From an uncultured Thermoleophilia bacterium (GTDB taxonomy: Bacteria; Actinomycetota; Thermoleophilia; UBA2241): a stretch of DNA of 64,000 nucleotides. The stretch spans positions 64,354 to 128,353 of the forward strand of contig CAVOGK010000014.1 of NCBI GenBank assembly GCA_963695395.1, written 5' to 3'. Positions 10,343 through 20,452 of the stretch are shown in pieces; the stretch's first letter is position 1; the number at the start of each line of letters is the position of its first letter. The position numbers and the translations under genes were made by a program. Below the pieces are notes generated by a model. The model ran no database searches and had not been told where the DNA came from. It worked only from the letters and a program-made list of their open reading frames with translations.

Positions 10343-11172
10343 TCATGCTTTTCGCCGCCATCCCCGGGCACGTGCTCGACGACGCCAAACGGCCGCTGTT
10401 CGCGCTGCTGGTCGGCTTCATCCTCACGTTCCTCGTCGCCCGGCTCAACACGCGCCTCACTCGGCATCATGGCCGTTCACACATCCGCATCGGCAGCGTG
10501 GTGACCCCGGGCGGGCTGCACATCCACCACTCGGTGTTCGGCATCGTCGGCATGGTCATCGCCGGGATCCTCACGTTCGCGGTGCAGCCCGGCAGCCCAC
10601 TGCTCGAGTTCCTCGCCTTCGTCTTCGGCTGTGGCGCGGCGCTGACCCTGGACGAGTTCGCGCTGATCCTCCACCTCGAGGACGTCTACTGGACGGGCGA
10701 AGGACGCAAGAGTATCGACGCCGTGATCCTCGGTCTGACCTTCATCACTCTGCTGCTCACCGGCCTGCTGCCGCGCAGCATCAGCGAGGTCGGCGACTAC
10801 ATCACCATCTCGCGCTGGGTCGGCTTCGCGCTGATCCTGAGCGGCGCCGCCTTCGTGGTCGTCTGCTACCTCAAGGGGAAGCTGTTCATCGGCACCATCG
10901 GCATCTTCGTCCCCCTGGTGGCCCTGGTAGGGGCATTGCGCCTGGCCAAGCCGGGGTCGCCATGGGCTCGCCGGCAGTACGCGGCGAATCCCACCAAGAT
11001 CGACCGCGCCCGGCGCCGAGACGATGGCTTTCACCAGACGTGGGAGCGGCGCAAGCACCGTCTCTGGGACGTGATCGGCGGCAAGCCGCACCTGCCGCTG
11101 CCGCATCGCGACAGGCGCCGTGACCGCCACGACCGAGGGCCGCGCGGGGGTTCCCGCGAGTCGCACGGGTAG
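10339..11172 (+). CDS. polytopic membrane protein, unknown function
   Basis: The ATG overlaps the stop of the SGNH gene (ATGA). About 6 predicted helices and a basic C-terminal tail. No recognisable family. Confidence 0.55.
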   Translation: MIMLFAAIPGHVLDDAKRPLFALLVGFILTFLVARLNTRLTRHHGRSHIRIGSVVTPGGLHIHHSVFGIVGMVIAGILTFAVQPGSPLLEFLAFVFGCGAALTLDEFALILHLEDVYWTGEGRKSIDAVILGLTFITLLLTGLLPRSISEVGDYITISRWVGFALILSGAAFVVVCYLKGKLFIGTIGIFVPLVALVGALRLAKPGSPWARRQYAANPTKIDRARRRDDGFHQTWERRKHRLWDVIGGKPHLPLPHRDRRRDRHDRGPRGGSRESHG

Positions 11173-11217
11173 GCGGCCGGCCGGCGTCGGCTCGGGCCGG
11201 CCGGCTCTCTTCTGCTC

Positions 11218-12550
11218 TCAGACCGACCGCGTCGAACGGCCGTCCCTGACGTCGCCGGGCTTGTGTGGCGCGTTGCCCGAGTACGCGCTGAGCGCCAGTT
11301 CGTAGAACACGAGTGCTGCGACGACGGCCAGCACCGCGATCGGTGAGCCGGTGGCGAAGAGCAGGACGACCAGCGCCACCGCGATGCCGGCGACGCGCAG
11401 GAGATCGAGGTGCGCGGCCATCCAGCGCCCGGCGCGAGTCTTCGGCGTGGACAGGTGTGCGGCGACGCCCAGGAATCCGGCGAAGCCGCGGCCCATGGCG
11501 TCCAACCAGCCCGGCTTGCCGGCGAGGAGGGCGGCGACGGCGACGATCACCCCGGCGACGGCGATCCAGACGAAGGACGCGTGCAGGCTGCCGGTCGCCG
11601 AATTCACGATCGACCTCGTCACCGCCGCGTCCGCCTGGGGCTTCACGGCGTCGACGGCGGCGTTCTGCACCTGCGCCTCGATCACCCGGGCGGCCACGAC
11701 GCCGACCAGGGCTCCGAGTCCGAGCCATATGGCGGTGCGCCGGCGACGGACCGACACCAGCAGGGCCGCGGCGATCAGGACGACGGTGAGGATGACCACG
11801 GGGATCGCCAGGTCGCTGAGGCGACGGAGCGCCTGCTCGGCCTCGTAGCCCCGGTCGCCCTTGAGCAGGGTGATGGAGCCTGTGTCCGCCGGCAGCTCTC
11901 GGCCGAACGCGTCCTGCAGCAAGGCACGGATGTCGTCGGGGGCGGTGGCCGGGTCGATCGGCGGCAGCCTGACGTCCCGCCCGAGAAGCTGCGGCGTATC
12001 CACCTCGAGCTGCTGCAACACCATGGCGACGATCGGCAGCAGGTTCAGCATGACATCGGTGCGGGCCACGGTGACGCCGCGGTCTTCGTCCTGCAGCGCG
12101 GCGAGAAGTTGCTCGTGAGCGACGCGGTTGCTGTCCGCCCAGAGGCGCTGCGCAAGCTCGGTGTCGAGGAACCTGTCGACCTCCTCGACGATGAAGCCTT
12201 CGCGGCTCGCCGCGTGGCGGCGTGTCGCCGGTACGAGCGCTCGGGTCCGTGATTGCCAGCACCTCGGTCGCAACGTACTTGCCGATGGCATCACGGGCTT
12301 GCGTGTCCTCGACTGCGGGAGCGACGGTCGTCACCCAGGCGTCGGTATCGAAGACGATGCTACGGGACCACAGGGCGAGCGCGCTCGCCAGGACGGCGAG
12401 CACGGAGACAACGACGAGAACGAGAGCGACCCAGGAGCGGATGCGCGATTGGCGTCCGGAGGCCGGGACGCGCCCGAGCGGCGTCAGGGCGCGCGCGGCG
12501 CCGGCGCCTGCCCCGTCGCGCTCGACCGGAGTCCGCGACCGGCGGACCAT
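11218..12550 (-). pseudogene. multi-pass membrane protein, unknown function, apparent +1 frameshift near 12244
   Basis: The N-terminal part (MVRRSRTP...WVALVLVVVSVLAVLASALALW...YVATEVLAITD) continues in the frame of ORF 11218..12294 (..ALVPATRRHAASREGFIVEEVDRFL..). The junction sits at a CCC run. Confidence 0.5.
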
Positions 12551-12555
12551 GCGCC

Positions 12556-13725
12556 TCAGGCGCCGCGCGCCGCCGAGGCAGCGACGGCGGACCCGAGGCG
12601 CTTGGCGCCCTCGGCGAGGCTCGCCTCGTCGTAGAGGCTGAAGGCGAGCCGCAAGCTGCGGTCGTCGCCGTCGGCGCAGAAGCGCCGGCCCGGCGCGAAG
12701 GCGGCGCCGTGCTCTTCCGCCACCGGCAGGAGCTCCGAGGCGTCGAGCCCCGGTGGGAGCGTGACCCAGAGGAAGAAGCCACCGTCCGGCGCCGAGAAGC
12801 TGCAGCCGGGAGGGAGGTGCTCGCCGAGCGCCGCGGCAAGCGCGTTGCGGCGTGAAGCATAGGCGCGGCGAAGGGCGGCGACGTGAGCGTCGTACTCGCC
12901 GCCCTCGAGCACCGCGGCGACCACGTGCGCCGAGAACTGGCTGACGCAGCCGCCGCTCTCGAGGACGCCGGCGGCGGCCAGGCGCTCGCGCAGGGCGGCC
13001 GGGGCGTCGATCCAGCCCACGCGCAACCCCGGCGCGAGGGACTTGGAGAACGAGCCGAGCCGCACCACGGGCGCCTTCGGGTCGAGCGTCCGAAGCGCCG
13101 GCGGCGCCTCTCCCTCGTAGACGAGCTCGCGATAGACGTCGTCCTCCACCACGACGAGGTCGTGGCGCCGCGCGAGTTCAAGGAGCTGCCCTCGGCGGGC
13201 GGCGGAGAGGCTCACGCCCGCCGGGTTGTGGAAGGTCGGGATGGTGTAGAGCAGGCGCGGCCGGCGGCCGGCCGCGCGGGCCTCGAGTACGGCCGCCTCG
13301 AGGGCGTCCACGTCGAGACCCTGGTCGTCCAGCGTGACGCCGGCGATGGTGACGGGGTGGTCGGCGACGATGCCGAGAGCCAGGTTGTAGGTGGGGCACT
13401 CGACGTAGACGACGTCGCCTGGCTCCGTGAGCATCGTCATCGCCTGGTCGAGAGCCTGCGAGTTGCCGCCGGTGACGAGGAGGTCGCCCGGGGTGACATC
13501 CTGCCCCTCGAGCTCGGCCGATCGCTGCGCTATCGCCGCTCGCAGTCGCTCGGGACCCTCGGTGGAGCCGTACGCGAGCGCGCCCGCGCCACCGGCGCCG
13601 AGCGCTCGGGCCGCGGCGTCGCGCACGAGCCCGACCGGGAGCAACGCCGGGTCGGGCTCACCGAACGCGAACTCGATGACGCCTTCTCGGAGGGTGTTCT
13701 GGGTGAAGGGGGGCGGCTCGCTCAC
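12556..13725 (-). CDS. PLP-dependent aminotransferase (class I/II, MocR/2-aminoadipate type)
   Basis: GVIEFAFGEPDPALLP...TGGNSQALD...IPTFHNPAG...LGSFSKSLAPGLRVGW (PLP lysine motif). GTG start chosen 6 nt downstream of a TATCAT box. Confidence 0.8.
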   Translation of the reverse strand: MSEPPPFTQNTLREGVIEFAFGEPDPALLPVGLVRDAAARALGAGGAGALAYGSTEGPERLRAAIAQRSAELEGQDVTPGDLLVTGGNSQALDQAMTMLTEPGDVVYVECPTYNLALGIVADHPVTIAGVTLDDQGLDVDALEAAVLEARAAGRRPRLLYTIPTFHNPAGVSLSAARRGQLLELARRHDLVVVEDDVYRELVYEGEAPPALRTLDPKAPVVRLGSFSKSLAPGLRVGWIDAPAALRERLAAAGVLESGGCVSQFSAHVVAAVLEGGEYDAHVAALRRAYASRRNALAAALGEHLPPGCSFSAPDGGFFLWVTLPPGLDASELLPVAEEHGAAFAPGRRFCADGDDRSLRLAFSLYDEASLAEGAKRLGSAVAASAARGA

Positions 13726-13826
13726 ACGGCTATGATACGCGATGCACCGCGGGACGCCGCCGCCCGCGGCGAACCCTCGCTGGCGACCGGCCATCCCTTT
13801 CCCTAGACTGGCTCCAGACTCGCTGC

Positions 13827-15356
13827 ATGCTGTTCCCAACCATCACATTCGCTCTCTTCTTCCTGCTGGTCTTCGTGGGGAACTGGCTGCTCATGCCCCG
13901 GCAGCGGGTGTGGAAGCCGTTCATGCTGCTCGCCAGCCTCCTGTTCTACGGCTGGTGGGATTGGCGCTTCGTGCTCTTGCTGGCGCTCAGCGCGGTCGCC
14001 AACCAGTTCTTCGCGCTGTGGATCGCGTCGATGCCGCAGCCCGGCTCCGGACGTAGATGGGCGCTGGCCGCCGCCGTCGTCGCCAACCTCGGCGTGCTCG
14101 GCGTGTTCAAGTACTACGGCTTCTTCGTCACGTCGGTCGTCGACTTCCTGAGCACGTTCGGCCTGAATGCCGACCTGCCGCTCCTGCGCATCCTGCTGCC
14201 GATCGGCATCTCGTTCCTGACCTTCCGCGTGCTCAGCTACGTGATCGACGTGTACCGCGGCACGCTGCGGCCGGCATCCCTGCTCGACTTCTCCGTGTAC
14301 GTCGCCTTCTTCCCGTATCTCGCCGCCGGCCCCATCGCTCGCGCCTCGGAGTTCCTGCCGCAGCTCAAGGTGCCGCGCGACCCCCGGAACGTGGACACGG
14401 CGCGCGCCTTCTTCCTGATCTTCGGCGGTCTGGCGAAGAAGATGCTGATCGCGGACTACCTGGCGACCCACATCGTCAACGGCGTGTTCACGACGCCTGG
14501 TCAGTACTCCTCCCTCGAGGTGCTGGTCGGGATCATCGGCTACTCGGTGCAGATCTACTGCGACTTCAGCGCCTACGCCGACATCGCCATCGGCATCTCG
14601 CTCCTGCTCGGTTTCGAGCTGCCGGACAACTTCAACGCGCCCTACACCGCAGCGTCCGTGCAGGACTTCTGGCGGCGCTGGCACATGACCCTCTCCCGCT
14701 GGCTGCGGGACTACCTGTACATCCCGCTGGGGGGCAGCCGCGGAGGGCCGAGGCGGACGTACCTCAACCTCATGATCACGATGGTGCTCGGCGGTCTCTG
14801 GCACGGCGCCGGCTGGACGTTCGTGTTCTGGGGCTTCCTGCACGGCGCGGCGCTCGTTATCGAGCACGCCCGCGTGGACCGCCGCAAGGACCGCGCACTG
14901 GTCGTGCAGCGCCAGCGCCGAGAGCTCGCGGTGGCCCTCGAGGGCCCGGGCGAGGCCGCGCCGCCGCCGGAGGGTCCGGGCGCTGCCGGGTCGTCTGTCG
15001 AGTACGACCGCCGGCCCTGGCACGGCGCCGTTTGGCCGCGGATCGGCGTGTTCGCCTTCGTGACCTTCGCCTGGATCTTCTTCCGCTCCGACACGTTCGC
15101 CGCGGCGATGAGCGTCATCGCGCGGCTCTTCCAGGGCTGGGGAACAGTGGGCGCGGCCGTCACGCCCGGCGTGTTCCTCGCCATCGCCGTGGGCATCGGA
15201 GTGCAGTACGTCCCGCGGTCTGTCTGGCAGCGTGGCGAGGCAGGACTCTCGGTGCTCAACCCGGCGCTGCAGGGCGTCCTCCTGGCCGTGGGCTTCATGT
15301 TCCTCGACGTCCTCGGTCCCACCGGCCCCGCGGCCTTCCTCTACTTCAAGTTCTGA
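13827..15356 (+). CDS. MBOAT family O-acyltransferase (AlgI/PatA/DltB-like), copy 1
   Basis: MLFPTITFALFF...YGWWDWRF...ISFLTFR...RWHMTLSRWLRDYLYIPLGG...GLWHG. Carries the conserved MBOAT His. Confidence 0.9.
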   Translation: MLFPTITFALFFLLVFVGNWLLMPRQRVWKPFMLLASLLFYGWWDWRFVLLLALSAVANQFFALWIASMPQPGSGRRWALAAAVVANLGVLGVFKYYGFFVTSVVDFLSTFGLNADLPLLRILLPIGISFLTFRVLSYVIDVYRGTLRPASLLDFSVYVAFFPYLAAGPIARASEFLPQLKVPRDPRNVDTARAFFLIFGGLAKKMLIADYLATHIVNGVFTTPGQYSSLEVLVGIIGYSVQIYCDFSAYADIAIGISLLLGFELPDNFNAPYTAASVQDFWRRWHMTLSRWLRDYLYIPLGGSRGGPRRTYLNLMITMVLGGLWHGAGWTFVFWGFLHGAALVIEHARVDRRKDRALVVQRQRRELAVALEGPGEAAPPPEGPGAAGSSVEYDRRPWHGAVWPRIGVFAFVTFAWIFFRSDTFAAAMSVIARLFQGWGTVGAAVTPGVFLAIAVGIGVQYVPRSVWQRGEAGLSVLNPALQGVLLAVGFMFLDVLGPTGPAAFLYFKF

Positions 15357-15389
15357 TGGCGGACGGGCGGACACCGATGGACGACCAGC

Positions 15390-16538
15390 GTGCCGACCGG
15401 GCGAAACGAGCCGACGCCCGCGAGCGGCGAGCGGACGACGCGGCATGAGCGCGACGACGGGGCCCTGCCCTACGGACGCCGCCGCCGTACCGCCGCCAGC
15501 GCTCTCGTGGCCATGCTGGTCGCCTTGGCGCTGGGGGCGCTCTTCAACGCGCCGGCCATGAAGAAGACCGCGCTCGAGCTGCCGTTCGGCGGCCAGCGCA
15601 GCTTCCGGCTCGCTGTCCTCGACCCGCTCGAGACGGTGAGTCACTGGCTGTTCCTCGACCGGCCGGCGAGGCTCACCGCCGATGCGCTGGGCAGGCCAGA
15701 CCCGGGCTCGACCGACACACGGGTCGTCGTGATCGTTACCCCGACGCCCGAGCCGACCAAGCGCGGGGACAAGAGCGGAGACGGCGGCGGCAAGCCCGCG
15801 AAGACCCTGCAGGAGAAGCCTCTGCCCAAGCCGTTCAAAGGGCACCCCATGCACCTGTACATCGCCGGCGACTCAATGATGGGGCTGCCGGGAATGGCGC
15901 TCACCAACCTCTCCAACAAGACGAAGCTCATCAAGCCGCAACTCGACTTCCACCTCTCCTCCGGCCTGGTGCGCCCGGACTTCTTCAACTGGCCTGCCCA
16001 GCTCCAGACGAAGGCCCAGGCCTTCGATCCCGGCGCCGTCGCCGTCATGTTCGGCGCCAACGACAACCAGGCGGTGCAGACGTCGTCGGGCAAGGTCCAC
16101 CAGTTCGGCAGCGACGGCTGGAAGAAGGAGTACCGCAAGCGGGTCGAGGACGTGATCGCGCTGCTGTACCAGAACGGCGTGCGGCGCGTGTACTGGATCG
16201 GGCAGCCGATCATGCCGGAGTCGTCGTTCAACAACCAGGTCAAGCTCATGAACGACATCTACGCCAGCGTGGCCGAGAAGACGTTCGGCGTCCAGTACAT
16301 CGACGCGTACAAGCTCCTCTCGAACGGCGGCGGGCGGTATGCGCAGTATCTGCGCGACAGCGACGGCAAGATGCAGAAGGTCCGTGAGCAGGACGGCGAG
16401 CACCTCACGTATGCCGGCGGTCTGCGCATCGCCGAGGCGGTGATCGCCGCGATCAAGAAGGAGTGGATCCCCACCAAGAAGGGAGAAGCCGGCGCGCCGT
16501 CGCCGAAGGCGTCGCCGACGGCCTCTCCGGCTCCCTGA
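15390..16538 (+). CDS. membrane-anchored SGNH/GDSL hydrolase (PatB/AlgJ-like partner), paralog 1
   Basis: N-terminal TM helix, then SGNH blocks IAGDSMMG, FGANDNQ, QDGEHLT. An ATG at 15356 in another frame overlaps the MBOAT stop, so the 5' end is uncertain. Confidence 0.8.
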   Translation: MPTGRNEPTPASGERTTRHERDDGALPYGRRRRTAASALVAMLVALALGALFNAPAMKKTALELPFGGQRSFRLAVLDPLETVSHWLFLDRPARLTADALGRPDPGSTDTRVVVIVTPTPEPTKRGDKSGDGGGKPAKTLQEKPLPKPFKGHPMHLYIAGDSMMGLPGMALTNLSNKTKLIKPQLDFHLSSGLVRPDFFNWPAQLQTKAQAFDPGAVAVMFGANDNQAVQTSSGKVHQFGSDGWKKEYRKRVEDVIALLYQNGVRRVYWIGQPIMPESSFNNQVKLMNDIYASVAEKTFGVQYIDAYKLLSNGGGRYAQYLRDSDGKMQKVREQDGEHLTYAGGLRIAEAVIAAIKKEWIPTKKGEAGAPSPKASPTASPAP

Positions 16539-16680
16539 CGTCGGGGCTCCGGCCGCCCCGTCTCCGGGGTATCCGGCGCCGCGGGAAGGGCTTCGCCGCC
16601 CGCCAGGCCCTGGTGTAGCATCCCCGCGACAGGCGGGGCCGCCGGTGCGGCGCTCGCACCAGTGACCGACAGGCGGCAGG

Positions 16681-18120
16681 GTGCTCTTCCCGACGATCAC
16701 GTTCGCGGTCTTCTTCCTCGTCGTGTACACGGCCAACTGGCTGCTCATGCCGCGCCTACGCCTCTGGAAGTGGTTCATCATCGGCGCCAGCTACGTGTTC
16801 TACGGCTGGTGGGACTGGCGCCTGGTCTTCCTTCTCATCGGGGCGACGCTCGTGAACCAGGCTCTCGGCGTCCAGGTGCACCGGACGCGCGGGCGCAGCG
16901 GCAGCGCGGCCGGCGCCCGCCGCTGGCTCGTCCTCGCCGTGGCTGCGAACCTCGTCACGCTGGGCGTGTTCAAGTACTTCGACTTCTTCGTCGTGAACCT
17001 CAACGACGTGCTCGGCGCTCTCAGTCTCGGCGCGCCGCTCCCGCTCCTTCGCGTCATCCTGCCCGTCGGCATCTCGTTCCTGGTCTTCCGCATGCTGACC
17101 TACGTGATCGACATCTACCGAGGCCAGCTCACGCCGGCGCCCACGCTCGACTTCGCCGTGTACACGGCCTTCTTCCCGTACCTCCTCGCCGGCCCCATCG
17201 CCCGCGCCCGCGAGTTTCTCCCGCAGCTCACCTCGCCGAGAGACCCTCGCGGCGTGGACTCCTCGCGTGCCTTCGCGCTCATCCTCGGGGGCCTCGTGAA
17301 GAAGATGCTGATCGCCGACTACCTCGCGACCCACATCGTCAACGGGCTGTTCGCCTCGCCGCAGACGTACTCGTCCTGGGAGACCTTCTGGGGGATCGTC
17401 GCCTACTCGGTGCAGATCTACTGCGACTTCAGCGCCTACGCCGACATCGCCATCGGCATCTCGCTGCTCCTCGGGTTCGAGCTGCCGGCCAACTTCGACG
17501 CGCCGTACACCGCGCGGACCATCCAGGACTTCTGGCGCCGCTGGCACATCACGCTCTCCAGCTGGCTGCGCGACTATCTGTACATCCCGCTCGGCGGCAA
17601 TCGCAAGGGTCGGGGACGCACGTATGTGAACCTTGTCGTCACCTTCCTGCTCGGCGGCCTGTGGCACGGCGCGGGGTGGACCTTCGTCTTCTGGGGGCTC
17701 ATGCACGGCACCGGCCTCGCGCTCGAGCGCGCGCGCGGCGACGCCCGTCACGCCGGAGGCCTGCGCGAGCCGGGGGCGACGGCGGGCGCGCGGGCGTTGC
17801 AGAGGCTGGCGGTGTTCGCCTTCGTCACGGTGGCATGGGTGTTCTTCCGCGCCGAATCGATGGGCAACGCGTTCGCCGTTCTGTGGCGTCTCATCGCCGG
17901 TCTCGGGTCCATCGGGACCGCGGTGACGCTGCCTGTGGTCGGCCTCGTTGCGCTGGGCATCGCTATCCAGTACGTGCCGCGGCGGACCCTCGAGGACCTC
18001 GAGGCCGGCGTCAGCCGCGTCGGCTGGGTGGGCCAGGGGCTCATCCTGGCGCTGGCCCTGTTCCTGATCGACGTGCTCGGCCCGGCCGGGCCGGCCGAGT
18101 TCCTGTACTTCAAGTTCTGA
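16681..18120 (+). CDS. MBOAT family O-acyltransferase, copy 2
   Basis: GTG start. MLFPTITFAVFF...YGWWDWRL...RWHITLSSWLRDYLYIPLGG...GLWHG. Clear paralog of 13827..15356. Confidence 0.9.
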   Translation: MLFPTITFAVFFLVVYTANWLLMPRLRLWKWFIIGASYVFYGWWDWRLVFLLIGATLVNQALGVQVHRTRGRSGSAAGARRWLVLAVAANLVTLGVFKYFDFFVVNLNDVLGALSLGAPLPLLRVILPVGISFLVFRMLTYVIDIYRGQLTPAPTLDFAVYTAFFPYLLAGPIARAREFLPQLTSPRDPRGVDSSRAFALILGGLVKKMLIADYLATHIVNGLFASPQTYSSWETFWGIVAYSVQIYCDFSAYADIAIGISLLLGFELPANFDAPYTARTIQDFWRRWHITLSSWLRDYLYIPLGGNRKGRGRTYVNLVVTFLLGGLWHGAGWTFVFWGLMHGTGLALERARGDARHAGGLREPGATAGARALQRLAVFAFVTVAWVFFRAESMGNAFAVLWRLIAGLGSIGTAVTLPVVGLVALGIAIQYVPRRTLEDLEAGVSRVGWVGQGLILALALFLIDVLGPAGPAEFLYFKF

Positions 18121-18124
18121 GTGG

Positions 18125-19439
18125 GTGAGTGTGGAGATGCTGGACGACGAACGTTATGCAGGCGGGACCGGGGGAGACGACCGGCGATCCTCTGACGAGA
18201 GCGCCGACGACCTCTTCGTCTGGGACGGCCTGCGGCCGCCGGCGCGCGGGCGACGCGACCACGGTGGTGCGCCGGGCGCGGGCCGCCGCGGGGACGGCGT
18301 GCGGCGTTCGCGTGACGACCGGCTGCCGCCAGAGCATCCTACGGGCGCCGGGCCGGCGCCGCGCCGGCCGGCTCACGACCGCGGCTCTGACGCCTCAGAG
18401 GAGTGGGAGGAGTGGCTCGAGCCCGATGGGCCACATGGCCCCGAGACCATCGGGCCGCTGCCGGAGCGCCGCCAGGGAGCGCGCCGGCGCCGGCTCTCGG
18501 CCGGCGCGGTGTTGCTCGCCATGCTGCTCGGCTTCTTCCTCGCCGGTCTGCTCGACGCGCGCGCCATCCGCAAGGACGTCGAGGGCCGGCCCTTCGGCGC
18601 CCTGCGCTCGGTGCAGCTGGCCCTCCTCGCGCCGATGACGGGGCTGAGCGGACTGCTGCGCGCCGACGACCTCGGGTCAGCAGTCGCCGATGCGCTGGGG
18701 CGAGGCGAGCAACAGCATCACAAGCTCGCCGAGGTCAAGAAGTCGGAGAAGCCCCTCTGGCCGCGCGCCGTCACGACGAAGAGGCCGCTGCGGCTGTACG
18801 TCGCCGGCGACTCCATGAATCAGGTCTTCGGCTCGTCGCTCGTCAACCTGGCGGAGGAGACGACGCTGGTGAAGGGCAAGAACGACTACCACGTCTCCAG
18901 CGGGCTCAGCCGCCCCGACTTCTACGACTGGCCGCAGCAGCTGGTCGACCAGATCGTCGACTTCAGGCCTGACGCGGCCGCCGTCCTCTTCGGCGCCAAC
19001 GACGGCCAGGACGTCAAGTACGAGGGCAAGGTGCTCAAGGTCGGCACCGAGGCCTGGCAGGAGGTCTACGCCAAGCGCGTCGGGGAGGCCATGGACATCC
19101 TCACCCGGGGCGGCCGCCGGGTCTACTGGGTCGGCAACCCGATCATGAAGGACGCGGGTTACCGCGAGCGGATCGCGATGATGAACCACATCTACGCGGC
19201 GGAGGCGGAGAAGCGCCCCGGGGTCACCTTCGTCAGCACCTGGGCGGCGCTGGCCGACGAGAAGGGCTCGGTACGCGGCCTACCTCAAGGACGAGAACGG
19301 CGACCGGACATTGATGCGGGCGCCGGACGGCATCCACATGACGCGCGCGGGCGGCGACCGCATCGCCCAGGTCGTACTCGACGTGATCATGAAGGACTGG
19401 GGCATGAACGGTCAGCCGGCGCCCAGTCCAAGCCCCTGA
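18125..19439 (+). pseudogene. membrane-anchored SGNH/GDSL hydrolase, paralog 2, apparent +1 frameshift near 19270
   Basis: VAGDSMNQ and FGANDGQ blocks lie in the track frame. Block V (APDGIHMTRAGGDRIAQVVLDVIMKDW) lies in the next frame after ..DEKGS|YAAYLKDENG. The repaired ORF ends at TGA 19437-19439. Confidence 0.75.
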
Positions 19440-19468
19440 CGCGCGACCTTCAGCCGCCGACCGTGCCT

Positions 19469-20452
19469 TCAGCCCCCACTTGAGCCGTCGTCCACCCAGT
19501 CGCGGGTCAGCATCAGCCAGAAGGCGAGCCCGGCGTGGTCGCCGTAGCGGCGAAAGCGCCGGACCATCGTGCGGTCGGAGACGAGGCGGCCCTTGGGCCT
19601 TCCCTGCAAGGCCGCGTACTTCGGCCGCGTCCACGAGTCGAGGACGAGGCGCGAGTGGCGGCCCAGGAGGAGCATGACGTGGGCCGCCGCGTAGGGCCCG
19701 ACTCCGGGGAGCGCGAGGAGACGGCGCTCGACCTCGTCGTCCGGTAGCTCGTCGCGGCTCGAGGCGAACAGCGCCTCAAGGTCGACATCGCACGCGGCGA
19801 CCAGTGCGGCGATGCCGCGCAGATAGGCGCCGCGGTACCCGGCTCGGGCGACGCCGCTGTAGAAGTCGTCGCCGGCCTCTGCCATCGCCTCCGGTGTCGG
19901 GAAGGCCCGGCCGACGACGCCCTCGGGAGGCGCTCCGGGGGCCGGCTCTCCGAGCCGGCCGACCAGGGCGCCGGCCATGCGCTCCGTCGCCGACCAGGCG
20001 CAGTTGGTCGTGCAGACCGTCTTGATCACGTCCTCGAAGACCGTGGGACTGCGCAGGAGACGTCCGGCGCCGCCGCAGGCCCAAGCCAGCGCGGGGTCGT
20101 CCGCGCAGGCGACGTAGAAGCCTCTCAGGTCGTCGTCGAGGCAGAGCATGCGGCGCACGGAAGCCGTGATGGCCGCCGCGACCCGTTCGTCCGGCGGTGG
20201 CCCCGCGTCGGCCGTCTCGACCGCCACGGAGGGTGAACCTGGGGCGGCCACGACGGCCGTCCCCCGTCTGGCTTCGGAGAGACGCACCGTCCGCGGCCCC
20301 TCAGCTGTGGCCAGCGTGACCGTCGCTCCGCGCCCACCGTCGTCGATCGCCGTCGGCGGCAGGCCGGCGACGCCGTGTGAGAGCAGGGTGCGCCGGAGGT
20401 CGACGGGCTCGCCGCCGGCGCCCCGGAGCTCGATCGTCGCGACGCGAGTCAT
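19469..20452 (-). CDS. HhH-GPD superfamily DNA glycosylase (AlkA-like)
   Basis: Internal ATG ([11 protein letters not shown]) of the 658-aa track ORF. Helix-hairpin-helix [20 protein letters not shown]. The start overlaps the EamA stop by 1 nt. Confidence 0.65.
   Translation of the reverse strand: MTRVATIELRGAGGEPVDLRRTLLSHGVAGLPPTAIDDGGRGATVTLATAEGPRTVRLSEARRGTAVVAAPGSPSVAVETADAGPPPDERVAAAITASVRRMLCLDDDLRGFYVACADDPALAWACGGAGRLLRSPTVFEDVIKTVCTTNCAWSATERMAGALVGRLGEPAPGAPPEGVVGRAFPTPEAMAEAGDDFYSGVARAGYRGAYLRGIAALVAACDVDLEALFASSRDELPDDEVERRLLALPGVGPYAAAHVMLLLGRHSRLVLDSWTRPKYAALQGRPKGRLVSDRTMVRRFRRYGDHAGLAFWLMLTRDWVDDGSSGG

Noticed and set aside
15356-15448. A possible additional frameshift at the 5' end of SGNH paralog 1. 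An ATG overlapping the MBOAT stop lies in a different frame from the GTG at 15390.
   Set aside because: Both frames are low-complexity and coding-like here, so the sequence alone cannot discriminate. I kept the GTG 15390 model and flagged the uncertainty.
13803-15854. 683-aa ORF antisense to MBOAT copy 1. Similar long ORFs include 1848..3176(-), 5563..6474(-), 16756..17751(-), 27407..28615(-), 29070..30188(+), 34180..35721(-), 35888..37111(-), 43094..44335(-), 49275..50330(-), 57154..58428(-) and 60747..61532(-).
   Set aside because: They lie opposite or out of frame to genes with unmistakable family motifs. They translate to R/G/A/P/H-rich low-complexity strings. They are the stop-poor shadow frames expected in very GC-rich DNA.
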